DNA of 64,000 bases from Vicugna vicugna (lineage: Eukaryota). The position numbers were made by a program, and so were the translations under genes. The notes beneath the pieces were generated by a model. The model was given only the letters and a program-made list of their open reading frames with translations, was not told the DNA's origin and ran no database searches. Positions 23,240 to 35,186 of the stretch are shown piece after piece (the stretch's first letter is position 1; each line of letters begins with the position of its first letter). Location of the stretch: the NCBI GenBank assembly GCA_013265495.1, contig MU061464.1, positions 4,923,566 to 4,987,565 of the forward strand, given 5' to 3'.

Positions 23240-25655
23240 GTCTCTATTTTTTGTGCCTTTGATGTGACCCTTCTTACTTGCAATTCTCTCTTACCTCGAC
23301 TCCCTGACAATTTCATGTCCTCCTGGTTCCCCTCCCGCCTCTCCAGCTGTTCCTTCTCTGTGGCGCTTTCACGGTAGCTGCTCGCCAGGCTTATGCCCTA
23401 AGCTCTCGCCTCCTCTCACTCTCTCCTTAAACAATTATTACTCTTTGATAACTAGGACCTGTCAGATAAACCTGTCGAGTATTGTTCTAATCTGTGTTTC
23501 CCCGCCCTGCTACTACAGCCTTAACTCAGGACACTGTCCTCTCTCACCTGGACCCCTGCAGTGATCTCTTTGACTTGTCACGAGCTTCCCATCCCTCAAA
23601 TGCATTATCTGCATTGTGATCTGAGTGACATTTTTCCTGTGACTGCCTACAGCTTTCAGTGGCTCCAAATTGCCTATGGAACACTGTCCAGACTCCGAAG
23701 CATTTCATCCAAGGCCTGTCACCTTCGCTCTTGCATCCTTTGCTCCAGCTTTATTAATCTACTGAATCTGCGTAATGTTTCCTGATGCACCAGGCGGTCT
23801 GTTATCTTTGTTCGGTGACTTGGTCACTTGGTCAACAGACTGTCCTTCGTTAGGAACACCCTTCCATCTGACCCTCCACTCTACCCATTTCCCCTCCCAT
23901 GGGCACACTCACTCTTCTTTGAAGACTCTGCTCAACCATTATGTCCTTTCTGAGGCTGCCACTCCCTAGTCTCTTTCTGCTCACTCCACATTTCATTGAG
24001 AAGAATAGGAGCTTTCTACCGCAAAATCTGAAAGCCTCTGCCCACAGTTCCGATTGTCTCCTTCTCTCCTGCAATCTAGAGTGTCTTCTTTTAATCAAAG
24101 TCCTTTCCCTCAGTCCTGCTTGAGACTTCCATTCCTCTCATCTTCTCAGGAACTTCGATGCTTTTGTCATATCTTCTCTACTAAATTATTCCCATCAGTG
24201 TATAAACCTAATCTAGTATTACGATCCTGAAAATTACAAAAAAAAAAGCTCTGTATCAATCCACATGGCCCTCCAGCTACCATACCATTCTTCTTCCCAC
24301 TGCACAAAAAAACTCCATAAAATCGTTGTCTGGACAGAACACCCTCCCTTTCCACTCCATGTTCACTTTGTAGTTTACTGGAACCTGACATTCACCCTCA
24401 CTATCCAGTTGGTCATTAATGACCTCCACGTTGCAAAATCCACATTAGAACATTTAATAATTGACCATTGTGCTGTTACGATTCTGTCTGCTTTTGGCTT
24501 ACATGGCTCTATACTTCCCCAGTTTTCCCCCACTCCTCTACACATTCCTCCTAAGTCTCCTTTGCGTCTCCTCTGTGCATCGTATCTCTAAGTATTACAT
24601 TTCCTCAATATTCGCACCTGAGTCCCAACCCTCACGTTTCCATAAATGACCTTCTCCATCCTTGTGACTTAAAATACCATCTTTAGGTGAACAAGTCCCA
24701 CATTTGTAACTAGTCCTAACCTTCCATCTGACCTCCTAACGTCTATACATTTCACTGAAACAGATCCAGGACCCACTTTTTATTTTCTGCTGAGAACCCC
24801 TCTCCATCTTCCTTTTCTTTGGCACTAACATCTACCCAGTTGTCTAGAACTGAAAGCTGAGAGACACTCATAATTCCTCCCCATCTCCCTTCCTCTAATT
24901 GATCACTAAGTCCAATCACCTTTTGTTTCCTAAATGTATTCCAAGGTGACCAACCTCTCCCCATCTTCAATGCCACACTCCAGTCCAGGTTATCATGATT
25001 TTAGACCTAACTTCTGCAATACCTCCAAACTGATACCCGTGCACACAGAACACAGCCATTCCCATCCCTAACTGATTCTGTACACGACCACAGAAATCGT
25101 CTTTCCAGAAACATAAATCCCAGCATGACACTCTCTGACATAAAATCCCTCTTTGCACTTTGTTGTAAGTCCAGGCACATCGATGGGGCTGCCCTGCCGG
25201 TCAACCTCCTGCCCGGTTCCCCAAGCTCATGTAACATGGTATTCCCTCGTCCTCCAAACTCCAGTCACTGACTGCTGGCATTTCCTCAAGCAGAATAGTT
25301 TCTTCTTCATCTCAGTCCATCACACCGTGTTGCTTCGGTTTAGAACTCCCCTCACTTTGAGGTTCTCATAAAGGACTCATACATCCTTAGGTGCTGGCTT
25401 AATGTCATCTCTTCAGAGAAACTTTCCCTGGTGACTTTATCTTCACTGGGTCTTCCATTCATTCTTTATCTCTGTGCCTTGTTTGTTCCTATAATTTGTA
25501 ATTATATATTTATTTACTTATTTTGTTGCTCTTTGATTCTTCCCGTTTCTTCTACTTGACTCTGTAGAAGGCTCTGCAAAATTGACCAAAATATACCCAG
25601 TGCCTATCAGAGTGCTTGTCAACTAGTAACTCTTAATATTTGTTGAATAACTTAT
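23240..25655 (+). mobile_element. Cluster of L2 LINE fragments
   Basis: Pyrimidine-rich L2 ORF2/3' motifs (cttccctggtgactttatc, cccagtgcctatcagagtgcttgtcaactagtaactcttaatatttgttgaata). Probably several fragments. Confidence 0.75.
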
Positions 25656-26029
25656 TCTGCAATCATATAAGTGGTTTTCTTTTTTTTTTGATTGACTGAA
25701 AATAGATTGCCTGAGGTGATGGGCAGGATCAAAGAGCAAGAAGTTGAACTTAGCACCACTTTGGGGTAATATTACACATCGAAGTCAGCAGCTCTTCAAG
25801 ACACAGTTAGCAGCATTCCTGGGACCAGTAAGCCATTATTCACTCGAGTCCGCTTGAGCACATTAGTGTCTCCACTTACTGACCTTTTGCATAGAAATAA
25901 AATAGAGAGTGCGTGGAACCATGAATACCTGGAGTTTGACATTTGAAAATTCATCCTCAGAAGAAATAATATCCTGATTCTCTTTGATTTTCTAAAGGGT
26001 TATTTTTAACATTGTATTTTGTTTTGAAT

Positions 26030-26587
26030 ACTCCATTAGTGCTCTCCAAAGAAACAGAACTAACTAGATGTATAGATATATAGATATATAGATGTATATC
26101 TAAAGAGATTTATTATAAGAAATTGGCTCACATGATTACAGAGGGTAAGAAGTCCCAAGATCTGCAAGCTGGAGACTCTAAATTGCTGATGTGTAGTTTT
26201 AGTCCAAGTCCAAAGGCCTGAGAGCCGGGAGAGCTGATGGTATAATTTTCAGTCCAAAAGCTGGCAGGCTAAGAGACCCAAAAAGAGCCAATATGTCAGT
26301 TTGCATCCAAAAGCAGGAAATGACTGATGTCCTAGCTCAACCAGTCAAGCAAGAGGAGTTCGCTCCTACCCTCATGAGGGCCAGCTTTTTTGTTCTTTCC
26401 TAGCCTTCAACTGATTGGATAAGCACCACCAACCCACACTTGGGAGAGCAATCTGCTTTGCTCAGTCTATCTGTTCAAATCTTAATCTCGTCCAGAAACA
26501 CTCTCACATCACACCCAAAATGATGTTTGATTAAATACTGGGCACCCGGTGGTTCAGTCAAGTTGGCAACCCAAAATGAACTTCACA
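26030..26587 (-). mobile_element. MLT2 (ERVL) solo LTR
   Basis: ctctccaaagaaacagaac, an (atatag)n stretch, gagatttattataagaaattggctcacatgatt...aagtcccaagatctgcaagctggagac...cagtcaagttggcaacccaaaatgaacttcaca. Confidence 0.9.
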
Positions 26588-26599
26588 AATATGTGGCAC

Positions 26600-28340
26600 A
26601 TTGGCAATGGACTCATGAGGCTCAAAGTTAAAATTCACTTTGTGTTTATCAAATAAGTTTTACAGTTTTCCTCATGTAGGTTGCCTACATTTCTAGTGAA
26701 GTTTTCTATAGATGTTTTAGGTCTTTTGCTATTATTAATGGAGCTTTAATTTTTAAAAATATTTTCCACTTGGTTGTCGTCTATATATATGAAAACTATA
26801 ACAATAGAAGTAGATAGATAAATTTAATCTACATAAAATAATAAATTATTTCATGTTCCTTTGTAGTTAGTCTTCAGTTGATTGGCAGTTGTGGCTAAAC
26901 ACCTATATGTAAATCATAATAGATTTACCTCCTTATAATTTTTATCTTCAATTTCTTTCTATTTTTTAATTTCATAAATGAATATTCTCAAATAATAGTA
27001 AATAATAGGTATGTAGGAGGTGATGGTTGAGATACATATTATGTTCTTGACTTTGATGGAAGTTGTTCCACGATCCCACCATTAACAATGATGCTGGAAT
27101 GTAATTATGTCAAAGATGAGTTTTAGCAAGAGTAGGGTGAATATGCTGTGCTAATAAACAACCTAAAAGTCCCTGTTATGTAAATTATTTTTTCTACCTT
27201 GTTGATGATGTTGTTTGGGTCCCATCTGTCCTTACTTATTTTTAGGTCACTTGATCTGTCTTGGACCAAAAGTGGTGAAAAGAAGCCTCCTACAGCTGAC
27301 GTCTTCCTATTTCTCCATGAATTTCTGCAAATTCTGCTGTATTATAGGTGCTGCCACTTTTATGAATATATTCATATCATTATAGTTTCATTGTCCCCTT
27401 TAACATTACAAATTTCATCTTTATTTTGTTATGCCTATTAGCCAAAACTCAACTCGGCTACTAAGATTTCAAGCCCTACTTAACAAGTGTACGTGTCCTT
27501 GTTGGTCATTTGGAATTGGTTTTCCTGATGATTTTTCATCATATAAACTCAAGTCTTCTTCCGTTTCAGGAAAGGTTTCTGAAATTAAATTAAATTTTTT
27601 TCCATTTTATTGTTTTGATTTTCTTTGGGGGGAAGTTTACTACTGCACAAATTAAGTCTTCTTTGTCTTCTATAGTTCCATTTTTTCTGTATGATTATTT
27701 TTCAATTTCTTTCTTCATTTCTGCTCCACTTTGCTTTTCTAGTGTCTGTCCTCTGCCTTTTACACTCTGTAGTGTTTATTCCCTCAGTGCTAAAAATTAA
27801 TCTTCACTTCTGGAATTACTTATTTTATCCACTTTTTTCCTGAGTTCTGACAGTAACTGGGTTACCTCCTCCTATTTTTTTTGACGACTTTGTTTTAAGC
27901 AACACATCCATGATCTCTTATATTTTTCTGTTCTGTGGTTTTCTTTTATAACAGTAATTGTTCAGTATTGTTTTAAAGTTAGGTTATAATTTTTATCTTC
28001 TTTGAAGGTATTTTTTTTTCTTGCTGAGTTTTTTTCATTTGTAAAATAGTTTTGCTAAGTTTTAAAGGCATTTTGTCTTGTAGTGTCTGTGTGTGTGCTG
28101 TGCTTAGCCTTGGTTTGGCACTCATATTGAGTGAGTTGGATTTTTCTGCATTTGTTAATAGCCGGAGTCACTTGGAGAAAGGAGTAGGGGTAATGTATCT
28201 TTCAAGAATTTAGGTAAAAGACTCCTTTTGCTGCTACAAAGAAAGATATTGTCCTTAAAATATGCTGTCTTCTAGAACCTAACTTAATTCAGGATGATTG
28301 ATTCAGCCAATAATACATTTTCCTGGTTCCTTCACCAGCT
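26600..28340 (-). mobile_element. Old L1M fragments
   Basis: T-rich antisense L1 ORF2-like tracts (gttcttgactttgatggaagttgttccacgatcccaccattaacaatgatg; tttctgcaaattctgctgtatt). Confidence 0.7.
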
Positions 28341-29548
28341 GCTGCCCCTCCTCACACCCAGGTAGGTACAGGCCTTGCCTTCCAAGATCATCCGCTCTTT
28401 TTAGAAGGTACTTGTATTGATTTGCTTATTTACTTACTATTTGTTTGTTTTTGTAGTAGATTCCAAGATCTACCTTTGGGCCCCAAGATCTACCTCACCC
28501 CTCCCTCTGCTCCCCCACCATTTGGTTCCTGTAAGCGCTCAGTCTAGCTCCCAGCAGTTCTTGCTCAGGGTGGGGGTTTTTTCTTTCTTTTTCACCATCT
28601 ATGTTTTCTGTGTATTTTTGAGATCTGCGTCCACTGAGCCCCTCACCCTGCCCACACCTTCTCCCCATTCTGTCTCTGTGTTCTTCAGAGCACTTGACTC
28701 ACTTATTTAGAAGATTATACGCTTGTTTGTTTCCTAGTTTCAGCGAAAATAGAACTGGTGGCTATTTTTATACATACTCTGGTTGCTCTGTTTGTTTTCC
28801 AGGAGGAAACATGGAAGTATTCAGAGTGAAACTGCTGCTGCTTTCCTGCAGGAAACCCTACCAAACTCGTTCTTTGTTGCCATCAGGCCTGTCTCCAACG
28901 TTTACAGTTATAGGAGCAAAATTACATATGTAGGCCAATATACCATATGCCAAATTGTTGAGGATTAAAAGTCAAGCTAACAAAACTATTAAGTGAGACG
29001 TGTTCTCTTCTCCTTCCCTAACAAATATATCTTCAAAATGACCTAGTTGGCCAGACTCAAATATATCACTTTCAGACCATGTTGATTTCCATTCTAGCCC
29101 TCATCCGGCGCTCCACCTCATTCTCTTAGCACCACAGTCTGCATCTCATACCATGAAGGGCCTCCTGCACCCGTGTGGACATCTCAGCCAGATGGTCCAA
29201 GCTTCCCTAGCTTGATCTGCAATCAGCTGCCCCTGAGCTATCCTGCAGGCCTGAAGGTGTACCCAACTGCAGTGTAGTCCCCCACTGGGATGCCCAGGGA
29301 AGACGTGAAAGCCTTGGAGGTGAACGTCTGGGCAGAGAATGTGGGGCCCTGGTTTCCCAGAGCATATTATACGACAGATCTGGGAGCACTTTCCTTTGGT
29401 CCTGTGAACGCATCACCCAGTGGAGAGGAGCATTGGCCTAACAAGCCCAGAAGAGCACTGTTAGACGTGGGGACACCCTGTGCTTCCCCAGTGCTCTTTG
29501 AATTTATACCATTAACATTTCTTTTATCATAAAAAGCTAAGTTTTTAG

Positions 29549-29858
29549 AAAGAGGACTTTTTAAATTTTTTAAACCTTTTTTATTGAGTTATAGTCATTT
29601 TACAATGTTGTGTCAAATTCCAGTGTAGAGCACAATTTTTCAGTTATACATGAACATATGGATATTCATTGTCACATTTTTTTTGCTGTGAGCTGCCACA
29701 AGATCTTGTATATATTTCCCTGTGCTCTACAGTATAATCTTGTTATCTATTCTACATATGCCTGTCAGTATCTACAAATTTTGACTCCCAGTCTATCCCT
29801 TCCCACTCCCCTTCCCCTTGGCAACCACAAGTTTTTATTCTGTTAAAAAGAGGACTTT
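29549..29858 (-). mobile_element. Young 5'-truncated L1 (~290 bp) with 12-bp TSD
   Basis: aaagaggacttt at 29549-29560 and 29847-29858 flanks a T-tail and an artiodactyl-type L1 3' UTR (ttattgagttatagtcattttacaatgttgtgtcaaattc...atttccctgtgctctacagtataatc). The pre-insertion site reads TT/AAAG on the minus strand. Confidence 0.92.
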
Positions 29859-29899
29859 AAATGAACCAAAGTTTTTTTTTTTCTAAATCATTTTAAGGA

Positions 29900-30050
29900 T
29901 ATTTTGTAACTTTTCTATGGGAAATTTAAAAGCTAAGTAAGTGAAAATTAGGATTTTTGATAATTTTAATTTTCTTCTTTGTCCTTTTCTACAGGCTATG
30001 GATTTTCTACTCTAAATATGTACTATTTTCATAATCAGAAAACAAACTTA
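29900..30050 (+). mobile_element. Old L1ME-like 3' end
   Basis: ttttcttctttgtccttttct...attttctactctaaatatgtactattttcataatcagaaaa matches the recalled L1ME terminus. Confidence 0.5.
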
Positions 30051-30915
30051 TTAAAAATGGAAAAGAGGAGACTTCAAAAATAAGTGGTGAATACCCTGAA
30101 AAGGAATCTGATACCGATATTTATAGGCAAAAAAAAAAGGGGGTTTTCATCTTTTTCTAGTGAGCCAAGGCATATTTTCCAAGTGTTTTTCTCCCCACAT
30201 ACACACATGCGCGTGCACACACACACCCACGAGTGCACACGTTCTGGGTCTTAAGAAAGGAGTGTCTGATTTGACTGATTTGGGTTTGGACCTTCGGACA
30301 CAGCCATCAGACAGAAGACGTATCTGTGTGGCGTCTGTAGCTACGGGCCTCATGCGTCGTCCTCTCTGATGTTTGGGTCCATGTCTGCATGCAGGCCATC
30401 CACGGACAGCTCCCGGCCACGAGCCTTCTTTCAGCTGGGAGGGTGCCTAGGTGACCACTTCTGTCTGCATGGATATGACTTCCGGCAGTGGGTTTCAGCG
30501 AGGAAGCAGTGAGTATGGAGCTGCCCCTGTCGGAGGAGCATTAGGTCTCGCACTTCCCAGGATCCGTTCCAAGGTGTGGGGTTTTCCAATATATGATTTA
30601 TGTCCTTGCTCCCTTTGGTTCCCAGGTCTCTCATTCGGGGAGCACTCAGAACTTCTGCTTGGCACATTTCCCCTTTCACCGGGGCACCTCTCATGGGACA
30701 AAACTGGTAGTGTTGTTGAACTTTTATTTTAATTCCCAATACTTGTGCAGAATCCAAACAAGACTTGATTTACTCTGTTTATAATATTACATCTGCAATT
30801 AAAGTGATATTTCAATTTTTTTTTTGGCTTGGAACTAGTGGTAAGAACCAATTTCATTCATTTCAAGTTCACTGTTTCCCAATGTCCCTGACTCACCACT
30901 TGTTCTCCCTCTACA

Positions 30916-31078
30916 GGACTCCTTTTCTTTTTTATTAATTTTTAAAGAAATGTAGTCAATTTACAGTGTTAGTTTATGTTACAGCCAAGGGATTCCATTA
31001 TACATACATATTTTTTTCAGAGTCTTTTCCATGTCAGCTCATTACTGAAACTAAATATAGTTCCCTGTCGGATTCCTT
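30916..31078 (-). mobile_element. Short truncated L1 3' end with imperfect 9-bp TSD
   Basis: ggactcctt and ggattcctt flank a T-tail and gtagtcaatttacagtgttagtttatgttacagc...aatatagttccctgt. Confidence 0.75.
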
Positions 31079-32075
31079 CAGTCAGGCCTCTTTGAGGGCG
31101 CACATCGCAGAAGACCTAGACGAGACTATTTGGGGTTTTAAATCATTCTTGTAGGCCTCGAATGGATGGCATTCTAATGACAAGCTCACATCTCCCTTTG
31201 GAGAAGTGCACCTCCATCTTTGACGTGGGCCCTTAGGAGCTGCAGCTTCATTTCCCCAGCAGTAAAACCACAGCATCACCTTTGTGACCAAATAGCTTCT
31301 CTTCATCCCACAGGTGTGTCTTCCACTCCCCTAAGTGCTCTGCAAAGCGTGTTGAAAGTTTGTTTTGCATTGTAATATTTTTTTGTGTGTGCTCTCTTGG
31401 TTTTTCTTTTTTTTTCTAAAATGATTCTTTCTTCAAAAAAGTAGATCTCTACTTTCATGGGTTTTTTTTTTGCTTTGTATTTTATACAGTTTTAAAATGT
31501 ACATTACATAAAAATTAGGAAGACTATTTAAGGGGAAAGACACAGGAGAAAAGAAAAGAAAAAAACTCATCCATAATTCCACTATCCAAGATAATCATTG
31601 TTACTACCCTCATTTTAATGCACAATGAAAAACGGAATTTTTTTTTTCCTTTTCTTTTCGCCTTTCCAAATCCACTGCTACACATAATGGAAGCCTCTCC
31701 AAGGACAGCCCTATTCATGAGCAATTATTCTAAAGTGTTTCATTTCTAAATATAGAATCTAGAATCTGAGAATTTACTAAATGCAAGGATGACATCATCT
31801 AAACAGATATCTAAACCTCTTATCCCATATTCATGAAAGTGCTCATTTCTGTGTTTGAAGATGTGTGGCTCTTATCTTTTTATACCATGTTGTGCCTGAA
31901 TTTTATTCCTCCTTTCTACATGATCCAGCCAGCCATCCTGCCTGTGTAAATACAACTCAAGCTTTCTTCTTTTTGATACTCGGAAATCCATCTTCAACGT
32001 TTTTGATCAGTGTGCAGTGCATTAACTACTACAGCAGATGGTGCTTTTTGATGATGTTTTCTACATGAAGCAACA

Positions 32076-32531
32076 NNNNNNNNNNNNNNNNNNNNNNNNN
32101 NNNNNNNNNNNNNNNNNNNNNNNNNNNNNNNNNNNNNNNNNNNNNNNNNNNNNNNNNNNNNNNNNNNNNNNNNNNNNNNNNNNNNNNNNNNNNNNNNNNN
32201 NNNNNNNNNNNNNNNNNNNNNNNNNNNNNNNNNNNNNNNNNNNNNNNNNNNNNNNNNNNNNNNNNNNNNNNNNNNNNNNNNNNNNNNNNNNNNNNNNNNN
32301 NNNNNNNNNNNNNNNNNNNTGAAACAAAATGCTAATCCTTTTCNNNNNNNNNNNNNNNNNNNNNNNNNNNNNNNNNNNNNNNNNNNNNNNNNNNNNNNNN
32401 NNNNNNNNNNNNNNNNNNNNNNNNNNNNNNNNNNNNNNNNNNNNNNNNNNNNNNNNNNNNNNNNNNNNNNNNNNNNNNNNNNNNNNNNNNNNNNNNNNNN
32501 NNNNNNNNNNNNNNNNNNNNNNNNNNNNNNN
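32076..32531. other. Two assembly gaps (244 N and 188 N) around a 24-bp island (32320-32343)
   Basis: Runs of N with tgaaacaaaatgctaatccttttc between them. Confidence 0.99.
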
Positions 32532-34570
32532 TATTTTAACCAGTCCGGTTTTCCTAATTCCATAAATTTCTATTGCCAGTGGCTGTTTACCGGTTACACT
32601 TTGGGATGCATTAGCTGTCCTTTGTGGGGACATGCATTGTGAATATTCATTGCAGAAACAATTGACTTCTTAAAAAAAAAAAGAGGGAATTCTTTAAGTT
32701 GAATTCCTATGAGCATTTTCAAGCAGGATTATAACATAGACAGTGGAATTTATTACTGAACAGAATCTGGGTTTTAGACATTAGCTTGTTTCATTGGTAC
32801 ATAATAGTGCCTGCCCGTCTCTCCCCAGATACAAACACTCTCGCACATTCTGTTGTGGTTAAACTAAGCAGATGGACTGTGGGTACTGATCATCTATGAT
32901 TGTAAATTATTTTTGCTTGTTTCTTCCTCTGGAAGAGAAATAAAAGGATGAGAAACGCAGGATACAAAAGGAGGAGCAATGTAGCTTTAAAGGAAAGAAA
33001 ACGACCATATAATCTCCTTTTTCTGTTTCCATTCTCCTTCTCTTTACATTTACTTTGTTTATTGGGTTTGCTGTAATTACAGGGTGTCTTTTCAATGGCT
33101 GCCACTCCCTCGCAAGATGAAATCTGCACTTTTTCCCCTTTGGTCTCGTGCCTGGGCCCCCCCCCCCCCCGCACCGTCCTTCATCTTCCACCAGAGCGTT
33201 TCTTTCTTCCAAATATATGGATTCGTTTGATGTTTTCTTTCACTCTCACCTATTGTCCATATGCTGCCATTAAATCTCTGGCTATTTTTACTTACCTTGT
33301 GCTCACATTTCTGAATCACAGTCCCTAATGCACCACTGTCCGTGTTCACCAATCTCTCCTTCTTCTGGTTGCTCTGGGGTTACCTGTCTGCTGTCCTATC
33401 TGCTGTGGGCATTTACTGGTCAACTTTTCATCAATTTATCTCTTTCAAATTTTTGTATCTCCATTTATCCATTTCTCTGACTCATCAGGATCAAGATCTA
33501 TAAATACAGAGATAAATGGATAGTTTTTGGCAGTGGGGCAGTCCATGCTGGACTGGAGATTGTTTTATTGCTTAGATGTTTATCTATGACCACATGTTGA
33601 AACAAACCTCAAGGATTCATATCTGAATATTTGAAAATAATTTTAATATGCTGTCACTTTCTGAGATTTTTTTAAGAGCTTAAAACTTCCCTATAATGAC
33701 TCTCATAGATATTAATTATCCATGTCCATTACACTTCCTCCAGGCCACGTTAGTTATACTCTTGATGGTTGAAACTCCGTTCTTTGGGTAAGTCATTAAG
33801 AATGCTATGGGTTTGTTACTTGCTACTGTAGAGGGATTTTTAATACAAAAATGGCACAGTCCAAGGACTGTTTAAATTGCACATACATACACACAGACAT
33901 CTACATTCAAATAGCTGTTAAGTAACATTGGTGGACATTTGTAAAGGTCTAGGCACGCTCTGGGCGGTTTTCAGGTTCCAGTCCACGTGGTTTCCTTCTC
34001 TATTCATAAGCAAAGTTCTAGCCGAGGCTCCTAGAGTCAAGAGGAACTGAGCCTGCATTTACATTTGAGAGCCCATTGTATCTGGGATTTTTCTAATTAC
34101 CATGGTGAGTGAGGATTAGGGCTGATCTGAGGATCCTACAAAAACTCATATCCTTAAAACCATGTATGGATAAAAAAAGTGATTTCATTCAGACTTTATA
34201 ATCTTATAGGTAAATTTTATATAAACGTAAGAACTAAATCCAAATAGTTTGGGGTTTTTTTTCCCCAATAGCCACTTTAGGTTTTGCAAAGTGGGACTCA
34301 TATATCGTCTGAAGTGTATGTTGATGTAGAAAATGCAATAGCGTCTCTGGTCTTTACATACGCAAATATAATGCAATACTTTTTTTTTTCAGTTTTTGAA
34401 TTTAACTTTAGATGACATGACATTTCCAGCTAAGTTTACAGATTAAAAACACAACAGTAATATACACAACTGTAGCACTGATTTTAATAGAGTAACAAGA
34501 ACTGTAGTCACATATTCCGCTTCTGTTTCCCCAGCAGAAATTGCTTCTGCATCACAGCCTATTACAAATG

Positions 34571-34720
34571 NNNNNNNNNNNNNNNNNNNNNNNNNNNNNN
34601 NNNNNNNNNNNNNNNNNNNNNNNNNNNNNNNNNNNNNNNNNNNNNNNNNNNNNNNNNNNNNNNNNNNNNNNNNNNNNNNNNNNNNNNNNNNNNNNNNNNN
34701 NNNNNNNNNNNNNNNNNNNN
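34571..34720. other. Assembly gap (150 N)
   Basis: Run of N. Confidence 0.99.
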
Positions 34721-34826
34721 CTTTAAGTGCCCCACGCAGCTTCTCACATAATACCTCTCTATTTGAAGGACTAAGTGTGAAACATAAAGATGGCATATAT
34801 TGTCTAATAAAACACCTTTAAATCAG

Positions 34827-34922
34827 AAGAGGAAATACGGTCATTTGTGGTATCCAACACTCCATCCAGCATCAGCACCTCCTGAAGTCCAAGCCCCACA
34901 GCAGTCAGTGCCCATGAAACAG
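34827..34922 (+). CDS. Candidate exon (may extend upstream to the acceptor at 34533-34534)
   Basis: Strong CAG|GTAATG donor. The 96 nt are open as KRKYGHLWYPTLHPASAPPEVQAPQQSVPMKQ. The acceptor is weak, and a stronger one (cttctgtttccccag) lies before the gap. Confidence 0.2.
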
Positions 34923-35163
34923 GTAATGCTTAGTAACTGTCTGCTGTTCTGTTGCATAAGAGGGAAGTTGGAGCCGTGGTGCACAGTGGGCGAGCCTGCT
35001 TGAGAATAAACCTAACGGCCCGTTCGCTTCTTTCCAGGCCCTTTGCTAGAAGACACGCACCTTATTTTCTCCATTTAACTTCCTCACCACTGTGATCTCA
35101 CTTTTGTGTTTGTTGCTGTTATGTGTGATCGACTTAAGGAAAAGGCTGTCTTCTTTTGCACAG

Positions 35164-35186
35164 AGAGAATTTTCTAGAAGATCATG
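35164..35186 (+). CDS. Candidate 23-nt microexon
   Basis: tgtcttcttttgcacag|AGAGAATTTTCTAGAAGATCATG|gtgagt has near-consensus splice sites at both ends. Confidence 0.3.

Noticed and set aside
29965-30280. Very strong plus-strand acceptor at 29993-29994 followed by a long open frame
   Set aside because: The pyrimidine tract is the 3' end of an old L1ME-like repeat, and there is no convincing donor.
30280-30509. YLCGVCSY zinc-finger-like motif before a GTGAGT donor
   Set aside because: The two histidines of a C2H2 finger are missing, and there is no acceptor in frame.
31994-32633. Long ORFs of ~190 aa (and similar ones at 6.6, 13.2, 34.5 and 61.3 kb)
   Set aside because: Their length is created by N runs that cannot contain stops.
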